Below, piece by piece: positions 1-8,426 of a stretch of 43,360 nt of DNA. The translations under genes were made by a program, and so were the position numbers. The DNA lies in assembly GCA_015494735.1 (NCBI GenBank), contig WGAQ01000070.1, positions 1 through 43,360 on the forward strand, given 5' to 3'. The DNA is from a candidate division WOR-3 bacterium (GTDB lineage: Bacteria; Hydrothermota; Hydrothermia; LBFQ01; DSFT01). The notes below the pieces were generated by a model that was given only the letters and a program-made list of their open reading frames with translations, was not told where the DNA came from and searched no databases. How positions within the stretch are numbered: the stretch's first letter is position 1; every line of letters starts with the position of its first letter.

Positions 1-620
1 ACATCTGCTTCCTCGAAGTTGTAGATGCACCACTGCCTTTCGAATTCCCTGTAGATGTCTCCCCACGTGTACTTTTCGTTCCACCTTATGTCGAATATGG
101 AATCCACATTCTGGACGAACATGGCTATCCTCTCGAGACCGTAAGTGATTTCGGCAGAAGGCACCTTCAAATCCACAGAACCGGACTGCTGGAAATAGGT
201 GAACTGGGTTATCTCAAGACCATCCAGCCACACCTCCCATCCCAGACCCCATGCACCCAGGGTGGGGCTTTCCCAGTCGTCCTCCACGAATCTAACATCG
301 TGTTTCTCTATATCTATTCCCAGTTCCCTGAGGGACTGGAGGTATATATCGATGACATCATCCGGAGGAGGCTTGAGTATCACCTGAAACTGATGATACT
401 GCTGGACCCTGTTGGGATTCTCCGCATAACGTCCATCCTTGGGCCTGCGGGTGGGCTCCACATACGCCGTCTTCCACTCCCTGGTGTCCAGAACCCGCAG
501 GAAAGTGGCCGGGTTGAAAGTACCCGCACCCACTTCGGAATTATAGGGCTGCATTATGACAGCCCCCCTGTCCTTCCAGAACCTCTGGAGCCTCAGGATT
601 ATCTCATCGAAGGTAAGCAT
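1..620 (-). CDS. glyQ: Glycine--tRNA ligase alpha subunit (N-terminal ~206 codons; C-terminus runs off the window)
   Basis: My own minus-strand translation from ATG 620-618 gives [46 protein letters not shown]...[27 protein letters not shown]...[35 protein letters not shown], the near-invariant GlyQ core. The ORF is open to position 1, so it is missing from the supplied track. Confidence 0.9.
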   Translation of the reverse strand, partial: MLTFDEIILRLQRFWKDRGAVIMQPYNSEVGAGTFNPATFLRVLDTREWKTAYVEPTRRPKDGRYAENPNRVQQYHQFQVILKPPPDDVIDIYLQSLRELGIDIEKHDVRFVEDDWESPTLGAWGLGWEVWLDGLEITQFTYFQQSGSVDLKVPSAEITYGLERIAMFVQNVDSIFDIRWNEKYTWGDIYREFERQWCIYNFEEAD

Positions 621-641
621 CAGAAGGATTTAATTTTACAC

Positions 642-1070
642 TCAATCCTCCACCCCGTCGATGAGGGCCAGGTTGCGCTCCGGATACATCCTCCTCACTA
701 TTTTTCCAGAATCCCTGAATATGAACACCTCCAGGGTTCCCGTTATGGTCCCCTCGAAAAGGTGCCCCCCGAAAGCCCTGAACTGATTATCGGAAAGGGT
801 TATGTGGATATGGAGTATGGGCTTTTCATCCAGAACCCCCACATTCCCCATGAGGGAAGTGATTTCGTACTCCTCCGGAAACTTCTTCTTAACATAATCC
901 CTCTTCTCCAGGTCGTAATACCCCAGAGTAAAATCCTTCCCCGCACCGATTCCATGCAGGAATCCAGAGCGAATGTCCTTCTCTTCAACCACTCTCTTCA
1001 GGGATTCCCTTATCTCTTCCCCGGGCTCCAGAACGACGAGAACGCCATCGCATCTATCGAAGACCTTCAT
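642..1070 (-). CDS. PPC/DUF296-domain protein (PD1-like DNA-binding fold family)
   Basis: Track ORF 642..1571 trimmed to the internal ATG at 1070. MKVFDRCDGVLVVLEPGEEIRESL...GIGAGKDFTLGYYD...HIHITLSDNQFRAFGGHLFEGTITGTLEVFIF fits the DUF296 pattern. The longer 5' extension is antisense to the cytochrome c gene. A TAATAT box lies 7 nt upstream of the ATG. Confidence 0.7.
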   Translation of the reverse strand: MKVFDRCDGVLVVLEPGEEIRESLKRVVEEKDIRSGFLHGIGAGKDFTLGYYDLEKRDYVKKKFPEEYEITSLMGNVGVLDEKPILHIHITLSDNQFRAFGGHLFEGTITGTLEVFIFRDSGKIVRRMYPERNLALIDGVED

Positions 1071-1077
1071 GTTGATA

Positions 1078-1083
1078 ATATTA
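1078..1083 (-). promoter_or_regulatory. -10-like box TAATAT, 7 nt upstream of the PPC-domain gene ATG (leaderless-type spacing)
   Basis: Plus-strand atatta at 1078-1083 is TAATAT on the minus strand. The spacer is 1071-1077 and the ATG is at 1070-1068. There is no SD in the spacer. Confidence 0.45.
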
Positions 1084-1094
1084 CAGGGGGCGTA

Positions 1095-1100
1095 TAAAAT
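1095..1100 (+). promoter_or_regulatory. -10-like box TAAAAT, 6 nt upstream of the cytochrome c ATG
   Basis: tataaaat at 1093-1100, spacer taaagc, ATG at 1107. An in-frame TAA at 1101-1103 excludes a longer ORF. Confidence 0.5.
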
Positions 1101-1106
1101 TAAAGC

Positions 1107-1586
1107 ATGCTGGAACTTATGATAATCGGGCAGATGATGGGTCAGCACGCCCAGCAACATCCACATCTGGTGGAGAGGCACAGAACGTATAACATGGGAA
1201 AGATTCCGAAGGAATACAAGGGCCTGAAGAACCCCCTTAAGCCCACGAAGGAGAATCTGGCAGCGGGGGAGAAGATATGGAAGGAGCAGTGCGTGGCCTG
1301 CCATGGAGAGAGCGGAAAGGGCGACGGGCCGGCTGGAAAAGCCCTCAATCCACCGGCGGCTGACCTGGCATTCATCATGACCAGACCAATTGCACAGGAC
1401 GACTTCCTGTTCTGGACCATCTCCGAAGGGGGCGCCCAGTTCGGGACTGCCATGCCCGCGTACAAGAACATTCTTTCGGAAAAGCAGAGATGGCAGGTCA
1501 TACTGTACCTGAGGAAGAAGTTCACCGGAACTACCGAGCCCCCGAAGAGAATGCGCCACAGGATGATGCAACAGGGGACCAACTGA
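1107..1586 (+). CDS. Mono-haem class I c-type cytochrome
   Basis: 159-aa ORF with a single CXXCH (CVACH) in the typical context NPLKPTKENLAAGEKIWKEQCVACHGESGKGDGPAG. A distal Met region (FGTAMPAYKN) and the C-terminal helix RWQVILYLRK are present. Confidence 0.8.
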   Translation: MLELMIIGQMMGQHAQQHPHLVERHRTYNMGKIPKEYKGLKNPLKPTKENLAAGEKIWKEQCVACHGESGKGDGPAGKALNPPAADLAFIMTRPIAQDDFLFWTISEGGAQFGTAMPAYKNILSEKQRWQVILYLRKKFTGTTEPPKRMRHRMMQQGTN

Positions 1587-1618
1587 ACCATATGGGGGGA
1601 TTCTTCCCCTCGTCCCTA

Positions 1619-1624
1619 TAAAAT
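1619..1624 (+). promoter_or_regulatory. -10-like box TAAAAT, 6 nt upstream of the sucC ATG
   Basis: ctataaaattttgccATG: TAAAAT at 1619-1624, spacer tttgcc, ATG at 1631, no SD. Confidence 0.5.
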
Positions 1625-1630
1625 TTTGCC

Positions 1631-2776
1631 ATGAAACTCATAGAGTATCAGGCGAAAGAGCTCTTCAAGAAGTACGGCATGCCCATTCCTGAGGGCTACG
1701 TATGCAAAACCATAGACGAAGTCAAAGAGGTTCTGGAGAAACTTGAGTTCCCCGTAGTCATAAAGGCGCAGGTCCCCGTCGGCGGAAGGGGTAAGGCAGG
1801 TGGTGTCAAACTGGCATCCACCAGGGAAGAAGCCCTTCAGAAGGCGGAACAGATTCTCTCCATGGAAATCAAGGGAATTCCCGTAAAGAAGGTTCTCGTG
1901 GCCCATGCCGTGGATATAGCGAAGGAACTGTACCTGTCGGTGGTTCTGGACCGCAGGAACAACAAGGCTCTCATAATGGCGTCCAGAGAAGGGGGTGTGG
2001 ATATAGAGGAAGTGGCAAGGACCAATCCGGAGGCCATTCTGAAGAGGGACGTGGACCCCATAATGGGACTCAGGGATTTCGAGGCAAGGGAAATCGCCTT
2101 CTGGCTCTATCCTGACGATAAGAAGATTGCCCTGAAGATTGCGGGAATAATCAGCAAACTCTACAAATCCTATGTGGATGCGGAGGCCCAGCTGGCGGAG
2201 ATAAATCCCCTGGTGGTGGACCCGGAGGGGAATGTGTGGGTGGTGGATGCAAAGGTCATAGTGGATGACAATGCCCTCTTCCGCCATCCGGATATAGAGC
2301 AGATGAGGGACTTGGATTACGAGGACCCCAGGGAACTGGAGGCAAAGGAGTGGGGTCTCTCCTTCATAAAACTGGAGGGGAACATAGGAAATATGGTCAA
2401 CGGCGCCGGTCTGGCCATGGCAACAATGGATGTCATCAAGTACTACGGTGGTGAGCCTGCCAACTTCCTGGATGTGGGTGGCTCCTCCAATCCCGAGAAG
2501 ACCAGAAAGGCAATGGAACTCCTCCTCTCCGACCCCAACGTGAAGGCCGTATTCGTCAACATATTCGGCGGAATCACCAGGACGGATGACATTGCAAAGG
2601 GCCTCATAGAGGCATTCAAAACGCTGGATATAAAGGTGCCCGTGGTGGTGAGGCTCACCGGGACCAACGAGGATATAGCCCGCAGGATGCTGGATGAAAG
2701 TGGCCTGCCCCTCATAACTGTGAAGACCATGTCCGAGGGGGCGAAGAAGGCAGTGGAGCTGGCAAACAAATCCTGA
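1631..2776 (+). CDS. sucC: Succinate--CoA ligase (ADP-forming) beta subunit
   Basis: 381 aa. MKLIEYQAKELFKKYGMPIPEG... is an ATP-grasp N-terminus. The CoA-ligase C-terminal motifs NMVNGAGLAMATMD and VFVNIFGGITR are present. Confidence 0.95.
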   Translation: MKLIEYQAKELFKKYGMPIPEGYVCKTIDEVKEVLEKLEFPVVIKAQVPVGGRGKAGGVKLASTREEALQKAEQILSMEIKGIPVKKVLVAHAVDIAKELYLSVVLDRRNNKALIMASREGGVDIEEVARTNPEAILKRDVDPIMGLRDFEAREIAFWLYPDDKKIALKIAGIISKLYKSYVDAEAQLAEINPLVVDPEGNVWVVDAKVIVDDNALFRHPDIEQMRDLDYEDPRELEAKEWGLSFIKLEGNIGNMVNGAGLAMATMDVIKYYGGEPANFLDVGGSSNPEKTRKAMELLLSDPNVKAVFVNIFGGITRTDDIAKGLIEAFKTLDIKVPVVVRLTGTNEDIARRMLDESGLPLITVKTMSEGAKKAVELANKS

Positions 2777-2781
2777 TTCCT

Positions 2782-2806
2782 CCCCGCCGCCGGGCGGGGT
2801 TATTTT
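2782..2806 (+). terminator. Rho-independent terminator after sucC (hairpin abuts the convergent lipoprotein stop)
   Basis: CCCCGCC (2782-2788), loop gccg, GGCGGGG (2793-2799), followed by TTATTTT (2800-2806). It begins 6 nt after the sucC TGA. Confidence 0.65.
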
Positions 2807-3837
2807 CCCGAAGGGACGATTTTATAGAAAATTCCATCAACCGAAACCACACTTCCATGTAGAGTAATGGCAGGGTTTTCAGAGCGGCATGTGGCATGGA
2901 ATCTCACATAGGGTATGGGGATTATACCGATGAAAACTATTCCTATTGCCGCCGGGCGGCAGTCCAGATAGGAAAACTTTACGGGAACATACGCCCCCAC
3001 CCACCCGCCTCCCCTCCACATCCAGGCTCTTCCACCGACAGAAAATAATACCAGGGAATCGTGAACGAACATCCCCATGACCTCATTGCCGGAAACTCCT
3101 GAAGGAGGGGTAAAAGACAGATTTCCTGCTTTAATCATCTCACCGGACCAGTTCACAGGGCGGGCAAAGCCATTCACACATCCGACACCCCTGAACTCTC
3201 CTCCCACGGCCGATGTATCGATTCTGCCATTGAGATAAATCTCAAAGAATCTATTTCCCCCCACGAAGAACATCCCCACGGAGGAATCGCACAGAGCCCA
3301 ATCATCGGGAAAAGGGGCAGGAGCACGGATTATGGGTTTTCCATCCACATACAGCATGGGACTGCTGTAAGTCCCACCGATCCATACATTCTCCACCCTG
3401 AAGAATACACCACTGTCCACCGACGATTTGCTCCTCCACTCCATCAATCGATAGGGAAAATCCCCGGCAACCTCCACCTCAATACTGTGGGAGCGGTATG
3501 CAAGGAAGGAGCCACTTCTGACAGACAGGCTATGCCTTCCCTCATGGAGGGAGAGGGTTATCAGGGGAGTATCCGTTTCCATGTATTCCCTTCCATCTAT
3601 GTAAATCCTGAAGGGAGGTCTGGAAGCCCTGAACATAACAGAGCGATACAACACATCTCCTCCGAATGCCTCCTGGTAAAACCCGGGAGACGAGGAATAG
3701 GATGCCACTATTATGGAGAATTCCTCCGGCATCAGGGAGCCATCCTCCGGATACTGGATGGAAACATGCCTGGACGGAAATACCATCTCCACCGCGCATC
3801 CCGTAAGGAAAATTAAGGGTAAAACCCGGTGCCTCAT
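2800..3837 (-). CDS. Lipoprotein with PEGA-like domain, function unknown
   Basis: Track ORF 2800..4407 trimmed to ATG 3837-3835, which shares one nt with the permease stop (TGATG). The N-terminus MRHRVLPLIFLTGC is a signal peptide plus lipobox. The PEGA-like segment is RIYIDGREYMETDTPLITLSLHEGRHSLSVR. Confidence 0.7.
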   Translation of the reverse strand: MRHRVLPLIFLTGCAVEMVFPSRHVSIQYPEDGSLMPEEFSIIVASYSSSPGFYQEAFGGDVLYRSVMFRASRPPFRIYIDGREYMETDTPLITLSLHEGRHSLSVRSGSFLAYRSHSIEVEVAGDFPYRLMEWRSKSSVDSGVFFRVENVWIGGTYSSPMLYVDGKPIIRAPAPFPDDWALCDSSVGMFFVGGNRFFEIYLNGRIDTSAVGGEFRGVGCVNGFARPVNWSGEMIKAGNLSFTPPSGVSGNEVMGMFVHDSLVLFSVGGRAWMWRGGGWVGAYVPVKFSYLDCRPAAIGIVFIGIIPIPYVRFHATCRSENPAITLHGSVVSVDGIFYKIVPSGK

Positions 3838-4595
3838 CAGTAATGCCCCAGTATTCCCAGAAATTTTACCCTCCTCTCTATAAGGGAGTAAATCCACATC
3901 CCCGAAAGGAATACCAGAATGGAAGAAACCATAAGAATTATCACCTTCGGCAGGGGCAACTGGAGCAGTCCCAGATTCCCCCTCATGCTCATGGACAGGA
4001 GATGATACCCGCCGGTAAATGGAATTATATCCAGCACCCCCGGAGGGAGGAGGAAGAAAGCCACCACACCCATATTGAGAATCTGGAAGAGGCTCTGTAT
4101 GCGCTTGTAGAGGAGGGCAAGTCCTCCGAAAACATAACCCAATCCGTAGGCGGGGAGTATGGTAAAGAACAGGATGAATCCCACGGTCAGAACATCGATG
4201 TGGAGGAACTTCCCGCTTATGAGCATGATTATCAGAAGAAGGGGGATGGTGAACAGGAGGTTGGACAGGAAGGAGATACCCAGCATGGCGAGGGAGACCA
4301 GTTTGAATCCATAGGGGCTCATATAGAGTTGCTCCAGGGTTCCCTGTTCTGCTTCCGTGGTTATGCCCCACGTAAGGGTATTCATCCCGCCCAGGAGCCA
4401 GGACCACAGGAAGAATCCCACCACCAGAGCCTCCGTCGTATTCCCCAGATTGGTGGAATTACCCATTGCAAATCGGGCACCGAAGAGCAGTATGGAGAAG
4501 ATGATGACCACGGTTATGAGACCGGACAGGAAGTTGAACATATAGGACTTCATCATCTGTATCTCACGCATTACCATTGCCTGAAGCAGTTTCAT
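3837..4595 (-). CDS. ABC-2 type transporter permease
   Basis: 252 aa, multi-span hydrophobic protein (about 6 helices by eye). AGGAGG lies 9 nt upstream of ATG 4595. The gene overlaps the 3' end of the ATPase gene by 32 nt. Confidence 0.8.
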   Translation of the reverse strand: MKLLQAMVMREIQMMKSYMFNFLSGLITVVIIFSILLFGARFAMGNSTNLGNTTEALVVGFFLWSWLLGGMNTLTWGITTEAEQGTLEQLYMSPYGFKLVSLAMLGISFLSNLLFTIPLLLIIMLISGKFLHIDVLTVGFILFFTILPAYGLGYVFGGLALLYKRIQSLFQILNMGVVAFFLLPPGVLDIIPFTGGYHLLSMSMRGNLGLLQLPLPKVIILMVSSILVFLSGMWIYSLIERRVKFLGILGHY

Positions 4596-5511
4596 CGCTC
4601 CTCTCCTCCTTCATCACCCTCATGTATATGCTCTCCAGGTCCGGTTCCTGAAGGCGAATCTCCTTCAGAAGAAACCCATTGCTTCGAAGGGCATCCACCG
4701 CATCGTATATTTCCGACTGATTGAGAGATACGTAAATCCTCCACTCATCCCCCACCCTCTCCACTTTCCCATCCGGGAAGATTCCCTGCGGGGAGATATT
4801 TCCCCCGGACGCTCTGAACATATAGGTCTCGTAAGAGAACATCCTCTTCAACTGTTCAACGCTTCCCTCTGCAACGATTTTCCCCCTGTTTATGAATATG
4901 ACCCTGTCGGCGGTGTTTTCGACGAACCTCATATTGTGGGAACTGACGATGATGGTCCTGCCCATATCCTCCCTGAGGGACCTCACGATTTCCATCAGTT
5001 GATACGTGGTATCCACATCCAGCCCCAGGGTGGGCTCATCCAGTATGAGGATGGGGGTCTTCCTTGCCAATACGCTCGCAATTGCCAGTTTCTGCTGCAT
5101 TCCACGGGAGAGATTCCTCGCCTCCGTCTTCCTCTTCTCCCCGAGTCCAAACCTCTCCAGAATACCATCGATTTCCCTTTTCGAAATCTTCCTGCCGTTG
5201 AGACCCGCGAAGAATCTGATATTCTGCTCAACAGTCAATCTCCAGTAGATGTTCCTGTTCCCCTCCAGAACCCCTGAAATGAAATCATAGAGCCAGTAAT
5301 CCCCGGGACGGACATCCCTGCCCGCCACCACTATCCGACCGGAATCCGGCACTATCAGATTGAGGATGCTCTTTATGGTGGTGGTCTTACCCGCACCGTT
5401 GGGACCCAGGAGGGCCACTATTTCACCCCTTCCGACTCCGAAGGATATGCCATCCACCGCCACGGTATCCCCGAAGACCTTCCGGAGATTTTCCACTTCC
5501 ACCACACGCAT
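4564..5511 (-). CDS. ABC transporter ATP-binding protein (ABC-2 exporter type)
   Basis: Walker A GPNGAGKTT, signature LSRGMQQKLAIA, Walker B ILILDEPTLGLD, H-loop SSHNM. The start is set at ATG 5511 (MRVVEVENLRKVFG) rather than the track start 5565. Confidence 0.9.
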   Translation of the reverse strand: MRVVEVENLRKVFGDTVAVDGISFGVGRGEIVALLGPNGAGKTTTIKSILNLIVPDSGRIVVAGRDVRPGDYWLYDFISGVLEGNRNIYWRLTVEQNIRFFAGLNGRKISKREIDGILERFGLGEKRKTEARNLSRGMQQKLAIASVLARKTPILILDEPTLGLDVDTTYQLMEIVRSLREDMGRTIIVSSHNMRFVENTADRVIFINRGKIVAEGSVEQLKRMFSYETYMFRASGGNISPQGIFPDGKVERVGDEWRIYVSLNQSEIYDAVDALRSNGFLLKEIRLQEPDLESIYMRVMKEERSDETASGNGNA

Positions 5512-5542
5512 AATACCCCTAATTTTAATCTTCCTCAACCCT

Positions 5543-7492
5543 TCAGAAGTAAAAGCTATAGGCAACCTTGAAAAATTCGTTGTTGTATTTCACATCACCC
5601 ACCCTGTACGGATGCACGATGAAGTAAAGCCTGCTCCTTCCACCCCACTCGTATCCAATCACCACCTGCAGCTCTTCTCCCGGAAATGTTCCGGTGGTAA
5701 AGGACTCGTTCCTCTGATAAAAGGCGCTCACATAGAATCCCGTTTTGAATCTGACAGTGGCTCCGATATTCGCTATTAACATTCTGCTGATAGTGGTATC
5801 AGAAATCTCGTACATCTCCATGGATGCCCTCATTCGAATCCTCCCCACCATATAGGTTCCCCCGAGATTGTAATGACGCATGGGGTTCCCATCGTAAGTC
5901 CCGTATCCCGCCCCCAGCAAGATGATTCTGGAGAAATCGGGACCGATTCCAGCCGCTCCCCCCTGCACATCGTAGGAGACCGGAAGACTGGAATACCTGT
6001 TCATATAAAGCATCACGATGAGATTCCTGACGACACCGGCGCTCACATTGGCATTAATGTTTTCGGAGAAGAATTTCCCATCCTTCAAAAACCTCCTGCC
6101 GGAATAGGAAACACCGGCATTCATGAAGTAGAGATATGGACTCTTCCTGTTTCTGTTCAACCAGAGTCCGCCCCCGTAGTAAAGAAAACCGGGACCATAG
6201 GGCAGATATGCGGTGGGAAAGTCGAAATTATCCGTAAATCCTTCCACATTCAGGTAGAATCCACCGAGACCCATATGGCTGTATGTGGTGGAAAGGCCAA
6301 ATGCCTTCGCTCCTCCGCCCGTATATGCCCCCTGAAGGGAAAGGCTCCATCCCCTCCTGTAGTATCGGGCGAAAAGGCTGCCCACATTCCGCTCGAGGGA
6401 AGTGTCCCTGTAATTCAGGAAATAGGGGACCAGCAGAATGTCACCCCTCTGGTATCCCAGAGCCAGCCCCGCATAATTATTTGCGCCTTCCCTGATGTAG
6501 AAGCTCTGAAGTTTCCGGCTCTCGGATTCGTAAAACCCCTTGAATCCAAACGTTATGTCCCTTATGGCTCTTGTATAGAAGATGTCCAGAATGTCCTTAT
6601 CGATGAGCTCCAGCTTGTCCTGAAAGAAGGGCCTCTTTTCGGGAAGGTATAGCATGCTCGCCTGCTCCAGATTGAACTGGGCAACATCAGCCTCCACCTG
6701 CGAATAATCGGGAAGTATGGTGGTATATAGTCCCCACCTGTTGGTCTTCACCTCCACATCCCCACCGATTCTGTAGTGGAAGAGGGAGCCCTTTATGGGG
6801 AAATATCCTATATCCCTGTACGGATTGGTATATACGCCCACGAGATACGGGGAGACGGTAATGTTGGGCTTTCCCTTCTCGTATGTGATTCCCCCCTCGA
6901 ATACTACCCTGGACGAATGCCTTATATCGGAAATCTCCTCCAGCGGAAATTTATACGTGGACTCCAGCTGGAACCATCCCATCTCCTGCGGCAGAATATG
7001 AACCACATCCACTCTGAAACCTATGGTATCCGCCAATTCCAGCCTGTAAACCGGTATCACCATTTCGAATGTCCATACGCTGTCCCGATACACGGATGCG
7101 GATTTCCAGTCCAGGTCCCACCTCAGGGACCACCTGTTATAACTGGTTATGAGCTGGTCCATCTGTGTTCCCAGCGGATACAGACCGAGATAATATCCTA
7201 TATCCCTGTGCGACAGGGTAATGAGAACCTGGTCATCCATCACATCGTTAACCCGGTCCCTCTCCGTGGTCTGGGCATGTATTCCGTAGGGGTTTATGAA
7301 TTCTCCTCCCACGTATAGATTTTTACCATCGTGGAAAAGGTATAACCTGACGGGATATGTCCTGGTGGTATCCGGATAGATGGGATAGAACCTGTCCACA
7401 ACGAGCGCCCTTCGATATACTTCCTCATCGATTCTGCCATCCAGGGACACGGACGGCGATGCGATAAATGGTATGACCAGCAGCGTATCCAT
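5543..7492 (-). CDS. Outer-membrane beta-barrel protein with N-terminal CBM9/DOMON-like domain (DUF5916-like)
   Basis: AGGAGG (7499-7504) lies 6 nt upstream of ATG 7492. The N-terminal SLDGRIDEEVY...LYLFHDGKNLYVGGEF...WTFEMVIPVYRL resembles the carbohydrate-binding family 9-like module. The long Gly/Tyr-rich alternating region ends in the aromatic terminus KVAYSFYF, typical of OM barrels. Confidence 0.7.
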   Translation of the reverse strand: MDTLLVIPFIASPSVSLDGRIDEEVYRRALVVDRFYPIYPDTTRTYPVRLYLFHDGKNLYVGGEFINPYGIHAQTTERDRVNDVMDDQVLITLSHRDIGYYLGLYPLGTQMDQLITSYNRWSLRWDLDWKSASVYRDSVWTFEMVIPVYRLELADTIGFRVDVVHILPQEMGWFQLESTYKFPLEEISDIRHSSRVVFEGGITYEKGKPNITVSPYLVGVYTNPYRDIGYFPIKGSLFHYRIGGDVEVKTNRWGLYTTILPDYSQVEADVAQFNLEQASMLYLPEKRPFFQDKLELIDKDILDIFYTRAIRDITFGFKGFYESESRKLQSFYIREGANNYAGLALGYQRGDILLVPYFLNYRDTSLERNVGSLFARYYRRGWSLSLQGAYTGGGAKAFGLSTTYSHMGLGGFYLNVEGFTDNFDFPTAYLPYGPGFLYYGGGLWLNRNRKSPYLYFMNAGVSYSGRRFLKDGKFFSENINANVSAGVVRNLIVMLYMNRYSSLPVSYDVQGGAAGIGPDFSRIILLGAGYGTYDGNPMRHYNLGGTYMVGRIRMRASMEMYEISDTTISRMLIANIGATVRFKTGFYVSAFYQRNESFTTGTFPGEELQVVIGYEWGGRSRLYFIVHPYRVGDVKYNNEFFKVAYSFYF

Positions 7493-7528
7493 GGAAATCC
7501 TCCTTCTCAAAATAATATACGCAGAACA

Positions 7529-8317
7529 TCATCCGAAGGTTTCATTCTCCAGAGTAAAATCTCCACCGAATGTATCTGCAACAAGGAGCCTCCCCTCTCC
7601 GCTGCCATAAACATAAACCCCTCCCTTTTCCATGGCATTATACCCCTGAGGCACTTTTACGCTGCCTCCAAAGGCTCTAACCTTCACCCTTATGTTATCT
7701 ACTGGAGTCCGGACGCGAATATCCCCTCCAAATGTCTTTGCCTGCAGGTCATCGAACCTTCCGGAGAACTCTATATCCCCACCGAAGGTCTTGAGCACGA
7801 TTTTATCGAACCTTCCCTGCGCAGAAATATCTCCCCCCATGCTGGAAGCATATACGCGGGCACCATGGGGAACCGTAAAATCGCTGCCATAATAAACCCC
7901 CGGCTCCACATTGACATCACCGCTCCTCAGACGAATATCGTCCCCCATGCTCCTGATGACTATGAAACCCTCTCTCACCAGTTCATCGAATTTCTCCTCC
8001 TGTTTCATATCACCGACAGCCTCCTTCAAGGCACTGGAGAGACCCGGAATGAAGAACAGTGATTTTGAGAGAACCTCGAAAACCGAAGTCACTATCCCCT
8101 TCGCAAAATCCTCCACGCTCCGGGAGAAGTCCTCCCCGCCACTGGATTTATGGAAATGGAAATCCGTATAGGAGTCCTTTTCACTCTGCTCATCGTCAAT
8201 TCGGGATTCTATAGCAGCGATGAGCCTTTCGGCTTCATCCACCGTTATCTTTCCTTCCTGGAGCATCTCCAGAACTTTTCTAATTTCTTCATTCATGGTT
8301 TCAAAATTATAAAGCAT
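7529..8317 (-). CDS. SHOCT-like N-terminal helix + DUF4097-like beta-repeat protein (alternative start at 8296)
   Basis: EEIRKVLEMLQEGKITVDEAERLIAAIE is followed by five (S/T/A)(M/F)GGD(I/F)-type repeats (SMGGDIS, TFGGDIEF, TFGGDIRV, AFGGSVKV, TFGGDFTL). The first 44 codons of the track ORF were rejected as non-coding-looking and lying in the gap after ptsI. Confidence 0.6.
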   Translation of the reverse strand: MLYNFETMNEEIRKVLEMLQEGKITVDEAERLIAAIESRIDDEQSEKDSYTDFHFHKSSGGEDFSRSVEDFAKGIVTSVFEVLSKSLFFIPGLSSALKEAVGDMKQEEKFDELVREGFIVIRSMGDDIRLRSGDVNVEPGVYYGSDFTVPHGARVYASSMGGDISAQGRFDKIVLKTFGGDIEFSGRFDDLQAKTFGGDIRVRTPVDNIRVKVRAFGGSVKVPQGYNAMEKGGVYVYGSGEGRLLVADTFGGDFTLENETFG

Positions 8318-8426
8318 AGGTTTCAATTTTCGAAATATCTCCCCACACCACGTCCCGCGAATGGACATCCACAATCCGGATGGTCGAGGAAAGAATTTCA
8401 GGAAGAATGGGATGTGAATGGGGACT

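Noticed and set aside
642-1571. 309-aa track ORF for the PPC-domain gene
   Set aside because: The N-terminal 167 codons are antisense to the cytochrome c gene and are motif-free. The DUF296 similarity begins at ATG 1070, which has a -10-like box at leaderless spacing.
2800-4407. 535-aa track ORF read as one gene
   Set aside because: The first 190 codons are out-of-frame read-through across the ABC-2 permease gene on the same strand. A lipoprotein signal (MRHRVLPLIFLTGC) begins exactly at the ATG that overlaps the permease stop, so only 2800..3837 is called.
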